This document shows positions 37,198 to 44,393 of a DNA stretch of 53,332 bases, piece by piece. The position numbers and the translations under genes were made by a program. The notes beneath the pieces are model-generated. The model saw nothing but the letters and a program-made list of their open reading frames with translations. It did not search any database and was not told the origin of the DNA. The stretch comes from a virus (lineage: Duplodnaviria > Caudoviricetes): positions 1 to 53,332 of IMG/VR virus record IMGVR_UViG_3300031857_000259; one strand, given 5' to 3'. Positions within the stretch are counted from its first letter, which is position 1. Every line of letters starts with the position of its first letter.

Positions 37198-37418
37198 ATG
37201 CTTATTAGTTTAGGTTCGTTGTAGTAGTAGAATTTATTCTCTGGATAGGCATCCAATAGGGCATCGATAAGCATATCATTGTCGTAGTATATACCATCCT
37301 CTCGCTCCCGATTAACTATAGGCTCAATCACTTTCTTAATTTGAGTCTCATTCAAGTCTGTGAGGATTACAAAGTTCTCCTCATCATATGCAGTTGTGTT
37401 AATTTCAAAGGGTTTCAT
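37194..37418 (-). CDS. Hypothetical early protein, paralogue of 35531-35752
   Basis: See 35531-35752. Confidence 0.6.
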   Translation of the reverse strand: MKPFEINTTAYDEENFVILTDLNETQIKKVIEPIVNREREDGIYYDNDMLIDALLDAYPENKFYYYNEPKLISI

Positions 37419-37974
37419 TGTATATTTTAGTTAGTTCTTTCTTGTCATAAGTAGGTAAGTAGTCATAATCTTCTAGGAATTCCTCGACAGATTGTCCATC
37501 CTCAATTGCAGACTCAACATACCATTGAATTTCCATCCAGAAATAGTCTGCATCAAAATGATATAGTCCCTCCATGTATCCATAGTCCTCCTCTGTGTAT
37601 GTGCCATCTGAGTTGATGTATGTCTTGCCACAGAAATCGTTCCCTTGTTCATGGTAGAACATATCCACTTCCACACCATACTTCTTGGCTAGGTTAACAC
37701 AGAACTCAATTGGTGGAGACCATGCCGTGTTTGGAGTTAGTACCAACCCTCCATCAAATTCTTGGGGATCAGATTCCTCATGTGATACATCCCACTTTGT
37801 ACCAAAGTATTTAAGATTTGTGTTGTACCAGTCCTTTTCGTACTCATCCTGTGGTACATCAATTAAACTTTTGAATAAGTTTCTATCTTCCTTATTCTCA
37901 ATAGACTCCAGAGCTTGTACAATCTTTGTAACATCCCCAGAAATTGTGATTTCGTTTGAACACCAGTTTGGCAT
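37405..37974 (-). CDS. DUF1281/YubB ferredoxin-like family protein
   Basis: MPNWCSN, DWY...GTKWD and TAWSPP are the family signatures; highly acidic C-terminus. Confidence 0.75.
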   Translation of the reverse strand: MPNWCSNEITISGDVTKIVQALESIENKEDRNLFKSLIDVPQDEYEKDWYNTNLKYFGTKWDVSHEESDPQEFDGGLVLTPNTAWSPPIEFCVNLAKKYGVEVDMFYHEQGNDFCGKTYINSDGTYTEEDYGYMEGLYHFDADYFWMEIQWYVESAIEDGQSVEEFLEDYDYLPTYDKKELTKIYNETL

Positions 37975-37978
37975 AGCT

Positions 37979-38122
37979 TTATCCTTTTGATTGGTTTAAA
38001 TATAGTTCGTATGCTTCCTCAAAAGAGAGGACATCCATGCCCTCTCTTATACTATCCTCGTCCCTATAGACTCCATTAGGGTCGTTCCAACATAGCCATT
38101 CAATTAATTGTTCTCTGTTCAT
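37979..38122 (-). CDS. Hypothetical protein (47 aa, not in ORF track)
   Basis: Hand translation MNREQLIEWLCWNDPNGVYRDEDSIREG... Confidence 0.55.
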   Translation of the reverse strand: MNREQLIEWLCWNDPNGVYRDEDSIREGMDVLSFEEAYELYLNQSKG

Positions 38123-38289
38123 AGTTCTTTTATTTCTTTCTCATCCACTACTGACTCCGATATGAAATCAAATCCATGTTTCTTTCTTAACTTCTCTAAT
38201 GCATCTAAGCATGCATCGTAAGTCTCCTCACTATCAAAGATTGCCACTAGTTCGGCATGTACTTCCGTTTCAAAATATACCTTTACCAT
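38119..38289 (-). CDS. Hypothetical protein (56 aa, not in ORF track)
   Basis: Hand translation MVKVYFETEVHAELVAIFDSEETY...; ATGA-coupled. Confidence 0.55.
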   Translation of the reverse strand: MVKVYFETEVHAELVAIFDSEETYDACLDALEKLRKKHGFDFISESVVDEKEIKEL

Positions 38290-38290
38290 T

Positions 38291-38482
38291 TTATTTATTG
38301 ATTTGATTGATAAACATTCCAGTCACCTTGTCTTTCAAAGTGATTTCATCTTGCAATTCTATTTTCTCATAGACTACATTGCATTGTTCCAATTCCATTG
38401 CGTAGATTTCATTGCCCAATTCTTGGTCATCTTCTACTTCAATGTAGGTCTCGTAAACCCTAGTCATTTTGTAAGTTTTCAT
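38291..38482 (-). CDS. Hypothetical early protein
   Basis: 63 aa ending ITLKDKVTGMFINQINK. Confidence 0.55.
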   Translation of the reverse strand: MKTYKMTRVYETYIEVEDDQELGNEIYAMELEQCNVVYEKIELQDEITLKDKVTGMFINQINK

Positions 38483-38486
38483 AGTT

Positions 38487-38621
38487 TTATTCTTCTATAT
38501 CTGCTTTGATTACCCAGTTGTCTAAATCACCCACATTTGGATGCTGATTTTTAAATTCTTCAAGAATTAAAAGGTATAATTCTTCACTGATTAGGTCGAT
38601 GTTTAATTCAATTGTCTGCAT
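38487..38621 (-). CDS. Hypothetical protein (44 aa, not in ORF track)
   Basis: Hand translation MQTIELNIDLISEELY...; AAAACTATG leader. Confidence 0.5.
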   Translation of the reverse strand: MQTIELNIDLISEELYLLILEEFKNQHPNVGDLDNWVIKADIEE

Positions 38622-38625
38622 AGTT

Positions 38626-38841
38626 TTATTTGTTTAATTGATTGATAAACATTCCTGTAATTCTATCTTGTAGACTTAATTCTCTATATGGTTTACTCTC
38701 CTTTATCACATAGTACTCTCCTAATGCATCATCATCATTGGGATACTCACAATACAGAAAGTCCCATGCATCCTCATAACTTTTAAATTTTTTGTTGGAG
38801 TAACACCTTGTGCTTGTCCAATCTACAATTATCCATTTCAT
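38626..38841 (-). CDS. Hypothetical early protein
   Basis: 71 aa ending LSLQDRITGMFINQLNK. Confidence 0.55.
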   Translation of the reverse strand: MKWIIVDWTSTRCYSNKKFKSYEDAWDFLYCEYPNDDDALGEYYVIKESKPYRELSLQDRITGMFINQLNK

Positions 38842-38843
38842 AG

Positions 38844-39158
38844 TTATATTATATTAAGTTTTAAAATTGTTTCGGCAATCTCTTCTGTCATTGGTTCTAG
38901 TATATACATTGTGCCACCATAGTTATCATATGACTTCCTATCTATACTTCTTTCTTTTACATTAGTAGATAGTATTAACTGCTTCCTATCTGGTAGTCTA
39001 AAGTCAACTCTTACTTCTCTTGAACCAGCATTGCATGAGTACATTTTGCAATTCTCCCATTCAGATATTACAACAGGATTACTTGAATGTATATATAGTA
39101 CATTGCCATCCCAACTCCTATCAGATATTTTCTTGTGTAATTTTTCAGTAGCTTTCAT
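38844..39158 (-). CDS. Hypothetical early protein
   Basis: 104-aa ORF. Confidence 0.55.
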   Translation of the reverse strand: MKATEKLHKKISDRSWDGNVLYIHSSNPVVISEWENCKMYSCNAGSREVRVDFRLPDRKQLILSTNVKERSIDRKSYDNYGGTMYILEPMTEEIAETILKLNII

Positions 39159-39304
39159 AGTATTTTAGTTCCAATTACCTTAACTCGATTCTGATTTTTG
39201 TCCATCCATGACAGCCAATTGTCTAGATGTTTATCATCTTTGAATTCTTTAGTTTGACTGAATGTCCCTCCGTAGATTCCTCTCATGTGTATCACTGCTT
39301 TCAT
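39155..39304 (-). CDS. Hypothetical protein (49 aa, not in ORF track)
   Basis: Hand translation MKAVIHMRGIYGGTFSQTKEFKDDKHLDNW... Confidence 0.5.
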   Translation of the reverse strand: MKAVIHMRGIYGGTFSQTKEFKDDKHLDNWLSWMDKNQNRVKVIGTKIL

Positions 39305-39305
39305 A

Positions 39306-40013
39306 TTAATGTTCTAAGATTTGAATATTTGTTTTACCTTTTCTCATTCCACTACATAAGCCACATTTCTCACATGTAGATTTGTATCCCATCTCCTTAC
39401 TTGCAGGACATTGGACTGCATTTGGAATCTTATTTTTTACTGCCATGAATGACCTATAGCCTAATTTCATAGCCATATCCGATTGACCTACATTATGTGT
39501 ACTTGCCATGAAATAGGCTGAATACTCAGGCTTTTTTGCCCATTGATGTGTATATCCTGTATGTGATTTTGATAGACCAATCATGTTGGATACCATGTCA
39601 ATTGGAATCAAACTTGGCTCACCATATGTCCCAAATCTGATGTACCTATCCTTTGACATCTTCATTACTTTTGCCCAGACATCGTCCAAACTTGGGATTT
39701 CTTTCTCTTTGAATTCTTTCACCAGACTTTTAAACATGCTACAGAATCCTGCATATTGTTCGTACTTGTGAGTATAGCATTTCAGATATCCTCTGAATGG
39801 GCAATCAAAACAAACTGCATCCGCTAAGTCAAAGAATTCTTTTGGGATCATTTTCTCACCATTGGAATACTTATTATCGGCATACTCCAATTGAGATTTA
39901 CTGAATGAATAAACTTGCAAGATTCTTTCTTTGCCAGATGTTATCTTACCATTTGTACTTTTGTCCAATCGGAATACAATAATTGCATCCTTGATTTGTG
40001 CAGTTACTCTCAT
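39306..40013 (-). CDS. Cys-rich putative Fe-S / radical-SAM-like protein (GP88-like)
   Basis: CFDCPFRGYLKCY, RFGTYGEP, GYTHQW, FMAS and CPAS...TCEKCGLC: two Cys clusters. Confidence 0.55.
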   Translation of the reverse strand: MRVTAQIKDAIIVFRLDKSTNGKITSGKERILQVYSFSKSQLEYADNKYSNGEKMIPKEFFDLADAVCFDCPFRGYLKCYTHKYEQYAGFCSMFKSLVKEFKEKEIPSLDDVWAKVMKMSKDRYIRFGTYGEPSLIPIDMVSNMIGLSKSHTGYTHQWAKKPEYSAYFMASTHNVGQSDMAMKLGYRSFMAVKNKIPNAVQCPASKEMGYKSTCEKCGLCSGMRKGKTNIQILEH

Positions 40014-40077
40014 TTTTTTTGGGGTTTAAGTTTGATGCCATGAGGGAAAACGATTCCCTCCATGCTCCATAGATGGC

Positions 40078-40302
40078 CTATTTTAGTTTGCTTAGCAGTC
40101 CATTGATGTCATAGGACTGGAATACTATTCCTCCGCCAAAATCCTTTCCTCTGTATACCTTTCCGCCAAACTTTTTTGCTTTGCTTACTGCCAATTCATA
40201 CTTTTCCATGAATCTGAAATCTTTGCTTTCCTCATCATTTAGGATATCTAGAAAATGTACTACATATCTTGGATTCCCATTTACATCATTTTTGATTCTC
40301 AT
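40078..40302 (-). CDS. Conserved phage early protein
   Basis: DVNGNPRYVVHF...GG..Y....GGGIVFQSY is a widespread phage motif. Confidence 0.6.
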   Translation of the reverse strand: MRIKNDVNGNPRYVVHFLDILNDEESKDFRFMEKYELAVSKAKKFGGKVYRGKDFGGGIVFQSYDINGLLSKLK

Positions 40303-40448
40303 TTTGATAATTGTTTAAGGATTTCGAATAAGTTTTTTGCGACATCTAATGATAAGTTTGTAGTTATTTTGTCGCTATTTGCTACACCAAATTGCCCATT
40401 TTGAAACCTAACTAGGCTAATGAATCCATGCGTTTTGATAATTGTCAT
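40299..40448 (-). CDS. Hypothetical protein (49 aa, not in ORF track)
   Basis: ATGA-coupled at both ends; MTIIKTHGFISLVRFQNGQF... Confidence 0.5.
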   Translation of the reverse strand: MTIIKTHGFISLVRFQNGQFGVANSDKITTNLSLDVAKNLFEILKQLSK

Positions 40449-40627
40449 AATAGATAGTTTTTTACCTTGTTTTTTGCTTCTGCAATTGTATTACATTCGA
40501 AATATTTTGTACCAAAATCACAGTGATATTGCTGATTTGGTTTGCTATAGTATAGCCACAATGACCATTCATTCCCATTGAATTTTACTGAATAGCAATT
40601 CTCGTTTACTTTCTTAAATTTTACCAT
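40445..40627 (-). CDS. Hypothetical early protein
   Basis: 60-aa ORF. Confidence 0.5.
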   Translation of the reverse strand: MVKFKKVNENCYSVKFNGNEWSLWLYYSKPNQQYHCDFGTKYFECNTIAEAKNKVKNYLL

Positions 40628-40725
40628 ATTGTTTTTTCAAGTTCAAGGCCAAAGAAATGTCCGATTGTGATTGCTACTGCTAAGATTGCAATGGTGATAA
40701 GCCATGATTTTTTGTTGTCGCTCAT
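40621..40725 (-). CDS. Small single-TM peptide (34 aa, not in ORF track)
   Basis: MSDNKKSWLITIAILAVAITIGHFFGLELEKTIW*. Confidence 0.45.
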   Translation of the reverse strand: MSDNKKSWLITIAILAVAITIGHFFGLELEKTIW

Positions 40726-40952
40726 TTTATTTTTTCGTTTATGTAGTAATATCTCGAATAGTAATTAGGCTGTCCTACCCTATTGTCTTCATGTAAAAAT
40801 GAAAATCCTTTGTAGTTATCAGTCCTAAGTAGAATTTCCTCAATCATTACACAAATCCCAGCTTTGAACTTTGAATCTGCAAATTCATCTTCCCTTGCCA
40901 ATAAATTGTTAGCGTAGTTAAGGATTTCGAGTACTTCAATAGTTTTTCTCAT
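40722..40952 (-). CDS. Conserved phage early protein
   Basis: RKTIEV...AN..L...G...IE.IL..T.NY.GF..L...R.Y motif found in many phages. Confidence 0.6.
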   Translation of the reverse strand: MRKTIEVLEILNYANNLLAREDEFADSKFKAGICVMIEEILLRTDNYKGFSFLHEDNRVGQPNYYSRYYYINEKIK

Positions 40953-40955
40953 AGT

Positions 40956-41114
40956 TTATTTAATTAGTTCGTAAGTTCCATTTCCATGCACAAGGATTTT
41001 TACTTGTTTAGGTTTGAATCCAAATTTTTCCTCGTTTGTTATCCAAATAATGTATGGAATCGAATCCTCATACATTAACTCAGCACATGCATCGTAGATA
41101 GTCTTGAATTTCAT
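40956..41114 (-). CDS. Hypothetical protein (52 aa, not in ORF track)
   Basis: Hand translation MKFKTIYDACAELMYEDSIPY... Confidence 0.5.
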   Translation of the reverse strand: MKFKTIYDACAELMYEDSIPYIIWITNEEKFGFKPKQVKILVHGNGTYELIK

Positions 41115-41121
41115 AGATTTT

Positions 41122-41370
41122 TTAGTTTAGTCCGTGGAATAACTCATTTGTAATAAAGCAAACTTCATATTCTCCTCCAACTTCGTCAATCTCTCCTAAC
41201 TCATAGAAATCTGAATAGTCAGCCAATGCTAATTCTTCGCATACAACTATGATTGGGCTTTCGTCCCCTCTCAATGGGTGTTCTACCAATAGAATCAATT
41301 GGTCAAGTGAATTGGTGAATGTCTTATAAATCGTAGGATTCAGAGACATTAGTTTAGTGTAGTTTAACAT
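41122..41370 (-). CDS. First early gene, acidic hypothetical protein (start revised to 41370)
   Basis: MLNYTKLMSLNP...EHPLRGDESPIIVV. The longer track ORF runs through the promoter region. Confidence 0.55.
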   Translation of the reverse strand: MLNYTKLMSLNPTIYKTFTNSLDQLILLVEHPLRGDESPIIVVCEELALADYSDFYELGEIDEVGGEYEVCFITNELFHGLN

Positions 41371-41402
41371 GGGTTTGTTTATTTGTTGTTGTTTGATGAT
41401 GT

Positions 41403-41432
41403 AAAGTAAGTTCATTTCTAGTTCATATGCAA
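41403..41432 (-). promoter_or_regulatory. Putative early promoter TTGCAT-N18-TACTTT
   Basis: On the - strand, about 33 nt upstream of ATG 41370, at the head of the early operon. Confidence 0.45.
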
Positions 41433-41475
41433 GTGGTGTGTCAAAATAAATATGAATATTTCTTAAACTTTTATG

Positions 41476-41488
41476 TAACTGCTTGATA
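41476..41488 (-). promoter_or_regulatory. IHF-consensus site
   Basis: Reverse complement TATCAAGCAGTTA is an exact WATCAANNNNTTR match, with the same ATGTAACT..TTGATAAT context as 31763-31780. Confidence 0.5.
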
Positions 41489-41627
41489 ATCAGCGAGAAA
41501 AATTTCATGTGAATCGCATGAATAATTTATCTGTAGAATCTAGCTAGGGGATATAAAGCAAAGTATTGCTACATGTGATGCACAAAAAAGTCTTGGGGAT
41601 TTCATGGGGATTCCCCAAATGTATTTG

Positions 41628-41670
41628 TTGACTGATGGTCAAGTTCTCTGTATTGACTGGCAGTCAAGTT
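41628..41670. promoter_or_regulatory. Tandem operator-like palindromes TTGACTGnnnGTCAAGTT x2
   Basis: TTGACTGATGGTCAA (41628-41642) and TTGACTGGCAGTCAA (41653-41667), 25-bp period. Confidence 0.55.
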
Positions 41671-41687
41671 TAACTGGAACAAAGGCA

Positions 41688-41714
41688 AGGTAGCTAGGTA
41701 GGTAGCTAGGTAGG
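41688..41714. repeat. 12-bp tandem repeat (AGGTAGCTAGGT x2.25)
   Basis: Read directly from the sequence. Confidence 0.9.
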
Positions 41715-41907
41715 GATGCAAGCTAGGGCATAGGCGTTCGCAATGTCGCAGTCATGGTCATGCAGACATGCCCATAGGAAAAGCCAAAAAATCTAGGGCA
41801 AGCCTAAAGCATGCCTACCCCCCATGCCGAAAAAAAGATCACTTCCGGTTCGGGCCGGCTGTCGTAATTTGGTGGTATTACCCAATCTCTCCTATCATCT
41901 AAATTCT

Positions 41908-41915
41908 TATATTTG
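41908..41915 (+). promoter_or_regulatory. -7 promoter box (TATATTTG)
   Basis: TAnnTTTG 3 nt before ATG 41919. Confidence 0.55.
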
Positions 41916-41918
41916 TGC

Positions 41919-42116
41919 ATGTACGATGGACTAACAATTAAGAATGGTCGTTTGATAAATGATCGTCCTAACGGTATCACTGGGATTCAGGAGGCTCTTA
42001 ATATTAAGAAGACCTTGAAGCGAGCGGAGAAACTTCAGATGTATTCTGAGGCTGTATCACTAGGTGTCCAGAAAGCTGAGAATGTCGAAAATATTAAGGA
42101 GATGTTCTTGAAGTAA
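41919..42116 (+). CDS. Hypothetical protein (start revised to ATG 41919)
   Basis: MYDGLTIKNGRLINDRP...; has its own promoter box and terminator. Confidence 0.55.
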   Translation: MYDGLTIKNGRLINDRPNGITGIQEALNIKKTLKRAEKLQMYSEAVSLGVQKAENVENIKEMFLK

Positions 42117-42137
42117 TAGCTTTATGGGTTATTTGAG

Positions 42138-42168
42138 AAGGGGGATTTTATGGTCCCTCTTTTTTTTT
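42138..42168 (+). terminator. Intrinsic terminator
   Basis: AAGGGGGAT-TTTATG-GTCCCTCTT followed by a T tract. Confidence 0.7.
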
Positions 42169-42206
42169 ACCCTATATGCTAGAATATCTGTCATGGCATG
42201 TACGAA

Positions 42207-42342
42207 AATATGTCGTGTAACTAACTGATATTCAATCTACTGATAGATTATGTCGATTTTTAAACTGATTCTAAGTCAGAAAAAAAAATAATATATATAA
42301 ATATATATATATATATATAGGGAAGAAGGACTTTGACATGGA
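42207..42342. other. Origin-like element B (diverged direct repeat of element A)
   Basis: Colinear blocks shared with 31755-31889: AATATGTCRTGTAACT, GATTATGTCRATTT, TATATATATATATAGGGAA and TGACATGGA. Confidence 0.7.
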
Positions 42343-42363
42343 AAAGTGATTCCATTTTTTCAT

Positions 42364-42371
42364 TATCTTTG
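42364..42371 (+). promoter_or_regulatory. -7 promoter box (TATCTTTG)
   Basis: TAnnTTTG 25 nt before ATG 42397. Confidence 0.55.
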
Positions 42372-42396
42372 TCTGAACCAAAAACCAAAAAACAAA

Positions 42397-42687
42397 ATGG
42401 AGAAGTTTTTAAGTATCCCCGTAACAAACGAGCAGAGACAATTGCTTTCTGCAACAGGTATTGTATTAATCGAGCAGGAGTCAACAACAACTGTTCACGT
42501 GCACTACAAGGCAAGCACAGGAACTGATGTTGTGACAATTACTCACGCAGCAGCTCCAGCAGGAAATGAGTCTATGCGTGATGCTATTCAGAACGCTGTC
42601 GTTAGTGCATTGACTACATCATGGACGTATGTAGCCTTTGAGGTTGAGAACCTACCGTTTGCGGTATCAGGTATTACCATTGCTTAA
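42397..42687 (+). CDS. Small beta-rich protein, possibly virion (start revised to ATG 42397)
   Basis: MEKFLSIPVTNEQRQLLSATG...; monocistronic with promoter and terminator. Confidence 0.55.
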   Translation: MEKFLSIPVTNEQRQLLSATGIVLIEQESTTTVHVHYKASTGTDVVTITHAAAPAGNESMRDAIQNAVVSALTTSWTYVAFEVENLPFAVSGITIA

Positions 42688-42704
42688 TATTCCTGATGTA
42701 TTGA

Positions 42705-42733
42705 GAGAGCCATTCTTCGGGATGGCTTTTTTT
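42705..42733 (+). terminator. Intrinsic terminator with cUUCGg tetraloop
   Basis: GAGCCATTC-TTCG-GGATGGCTT followed by a T tract. Confidence 0.8.
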
Positions 42734-42760
42734 GTTTTATATAAAATTTCTTTAGATTTG
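42731..42760 (+). promoter_or_regulatory. Bacteroidota-type promoter for groEL (TTTG-N18-TAGATTTG)
   Basis: -33 TTTG at 42731-42734 and -7 box at 42753-42760. Confidence 0.6.
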
Positions 42761-42776
42761 GTAAAATTTAATTCAA

Positions 42777-44390
42777 ATGGAATACTCACCTAAAGATTTA
42801 GTGTTCGCCCAGGAGGGCAGGCTAAAGTTAATTTCTGGCATCAAGAAGATTGCTGGAGCGGTCAAGAGTACGTTGGGACCTTACGGTAACACGGTGCTTA
42901 TTGAGAGTCCTAACCACACGCATGGTATTACGGTAACTAAGGATGGTGTAACTGTCGCTAAGTCGGTTGACCTGATTGATCCTGTTGAGAACCTTGCGGT
43001 TAAGATGATGAAGGAGGCTGCGGATAGAACGGCTACCTCTGCTGGTGATGGCACGACTACTGCCATAGTGTTGACTGAGGGTTTGGTGCTTGGATGGTTA
43101 GAGCACATTGGTGCAGGCCAGACAGAGCTCAATACCACTGAGGTGCTGCGCAACATATCTGAGCTAAGTTCAAAAGTGATTGAGGGGTTGAAGAAGAAGG
43201 GCAAGAAGGTGACTAACTCAATGCTGCTTGACGTGGCAACAATCTCTGCGAACAATGACAGCCAGATCGGTCGCATTATTGCTGAGGTGTACAAGGAGGT
43301 CGGCAAGACTGGGATTGTAACGGTGGAGCGTAGCCAGACAAATGAGACCTATGCTGAGACCACTAAGGGTCTAAAGATTGACAGGGGGTATACAAGCCCA
43401 TTGTTCATCAACGATCAGAGCAGAGACGAGTGCGTATTTGAGGACGTGCATGTGCTGGTGGCTGACATTGAGATAAGTAACATCTTGCAGATTGAGAACA
43501 TTCTAAAGCCAATCATTACTGATGGGAAGAAGCTACTCATTGTATCGCCATGCCATGTGAACGTTGTGAATACATTGGCTGCAAATGTTATGAAGAACAA
43601 CCTAAAGATCTGCGTGGTACAACCACCTAGCTTTGGGTATCGACAGCATGAGCTGATGCAGGACCTGGCGGTGAGTGTAGGAGCGACATACTTCAGTGAG
43701 AAGACCGGAGATGACCTGAGTCAAATTACTATTGAGGACCTGGGGCATGCAGCCAGAGTAGTGGTTAGCAATGACAAGACCATCATTCTTAAGTCAGACT
43801 TGAGAATAGACCCAGTCAAGGTAGAGGAGCGAGTAGCTCAGCTATGGCAGTCACATAAGATTGCTAAGAGGAAGGCTGACAAGGACCACCTATTAGATCG
43901 GATTGCTTCGCTTACAGGTGGCATTGGTGTGATATACGTAGGTGGACAGACTGACCTAGAGCAGAAGGAGCTGTACGACCGTGTTGACGATGCGGTGTGT
44001 GCTGTGCGTAGTGCACTAGAGGAGGGCATCCTTCCAGGTGCCGGCAAGGCATTGCTAGATGAGACAGCTACTCTCATTCCAACTGGTAGCTTCCACTACA
44101 GCCCTGAGATGAGTGTGGCGATTAAAATCCTATCCAATGCGATGATGGCACCGTTCCAACAAATCCTTGCAAACGCTGGCCTAAAGCCTAGTGACGTGTA
44201 CAAGGATGGGGCTGAGATTGGTCATGGGTACAACCTAAAGACCGGGCAGATGGGTGACCTGATTAAGATGGGGGTGATTGACCCACTGAAGGTGACACGT
44301 ACTGCGTTGCAGAACGCTGTGAGTGTAGCGACAACTATTCTGAGCACTAACGCCATCATTACGATGGCTAGATCATACGAGACTAAGTAA
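42777..44390 (+). CDS. groEL: Phage-encoded group I chaperonin GroEL
   Basis: TLGPYG, TKDGVTVAK, AGDGTTTA, TISANND, DRGY, GGIGVIYVG and GVIDPLKVTRTALQNAVSVA; no GGM tail. Confidence 0.95.
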   Translation: MEYSPKDLVFAQEGRLKLISGIKKIAGAVKSTLGPYGNTVLIESPNHTHGITVTKDGVTVAKSVDLIDPVENLAVKMMKEAADRTATSAGDGTTTAIVLTEGLVLGWLEHIGAGQTELNTTEVLRNISELSSKVIEGLKKKGKKVTNSMLLDVATISANNDSQIGRIIAEVYKEVGKTGIVTVERSQTNETYAETTKGLKIDRGYTSPLFINDQSRDECVFEDVHVLVADIEISNILQIENILKPIITDGKKLLIVSPCHVNVVNTLAANVMKNNLKICVVQPPSFGYRQHELMQDLAVSVGATYFSEKTGDDLSQITIEDLGHAARVVVSNDKTIILKSDLRIDPVKVEERVAQLWQSHKIAKRKADKDHLLDRIASLTGGIGVIYVGGQTDLEQKELYDRVDDAVCAVRSALEEGILPGAGKALLDETATLIPTGSFHYSPEMSVAIKILSNAMMAPFQQILANAGLKPSDVYKDGAEIGHGYNLKTGQMGDLIKMGVIDPLKVTRTALQNAVSVATTILSTNAIITMARSYETK

Positions 44391-44393
44391 GCG

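Noticed and set aside
41371-41508. N-terminal extension of the 41122-41508 ORF
   Set aside because: It crosses the promoter and IHF-like site; ATG 41370 has the typical A-rich leader.
42260-42538. ORFs 42260-42538 (-) and 42333-42527 (+)
   Set aside because: They run through the (TA)n tract or overlap the better-supported 42397-42687 gene, and the translations are low-complexity.
42777-44390. groEL as host contamination or a prophage boundary
   Set aside because: The sequence is divergent, lacks the GGM tail, is not in a groES-groEL operon, and is flanked on both sides by phage-type genes.
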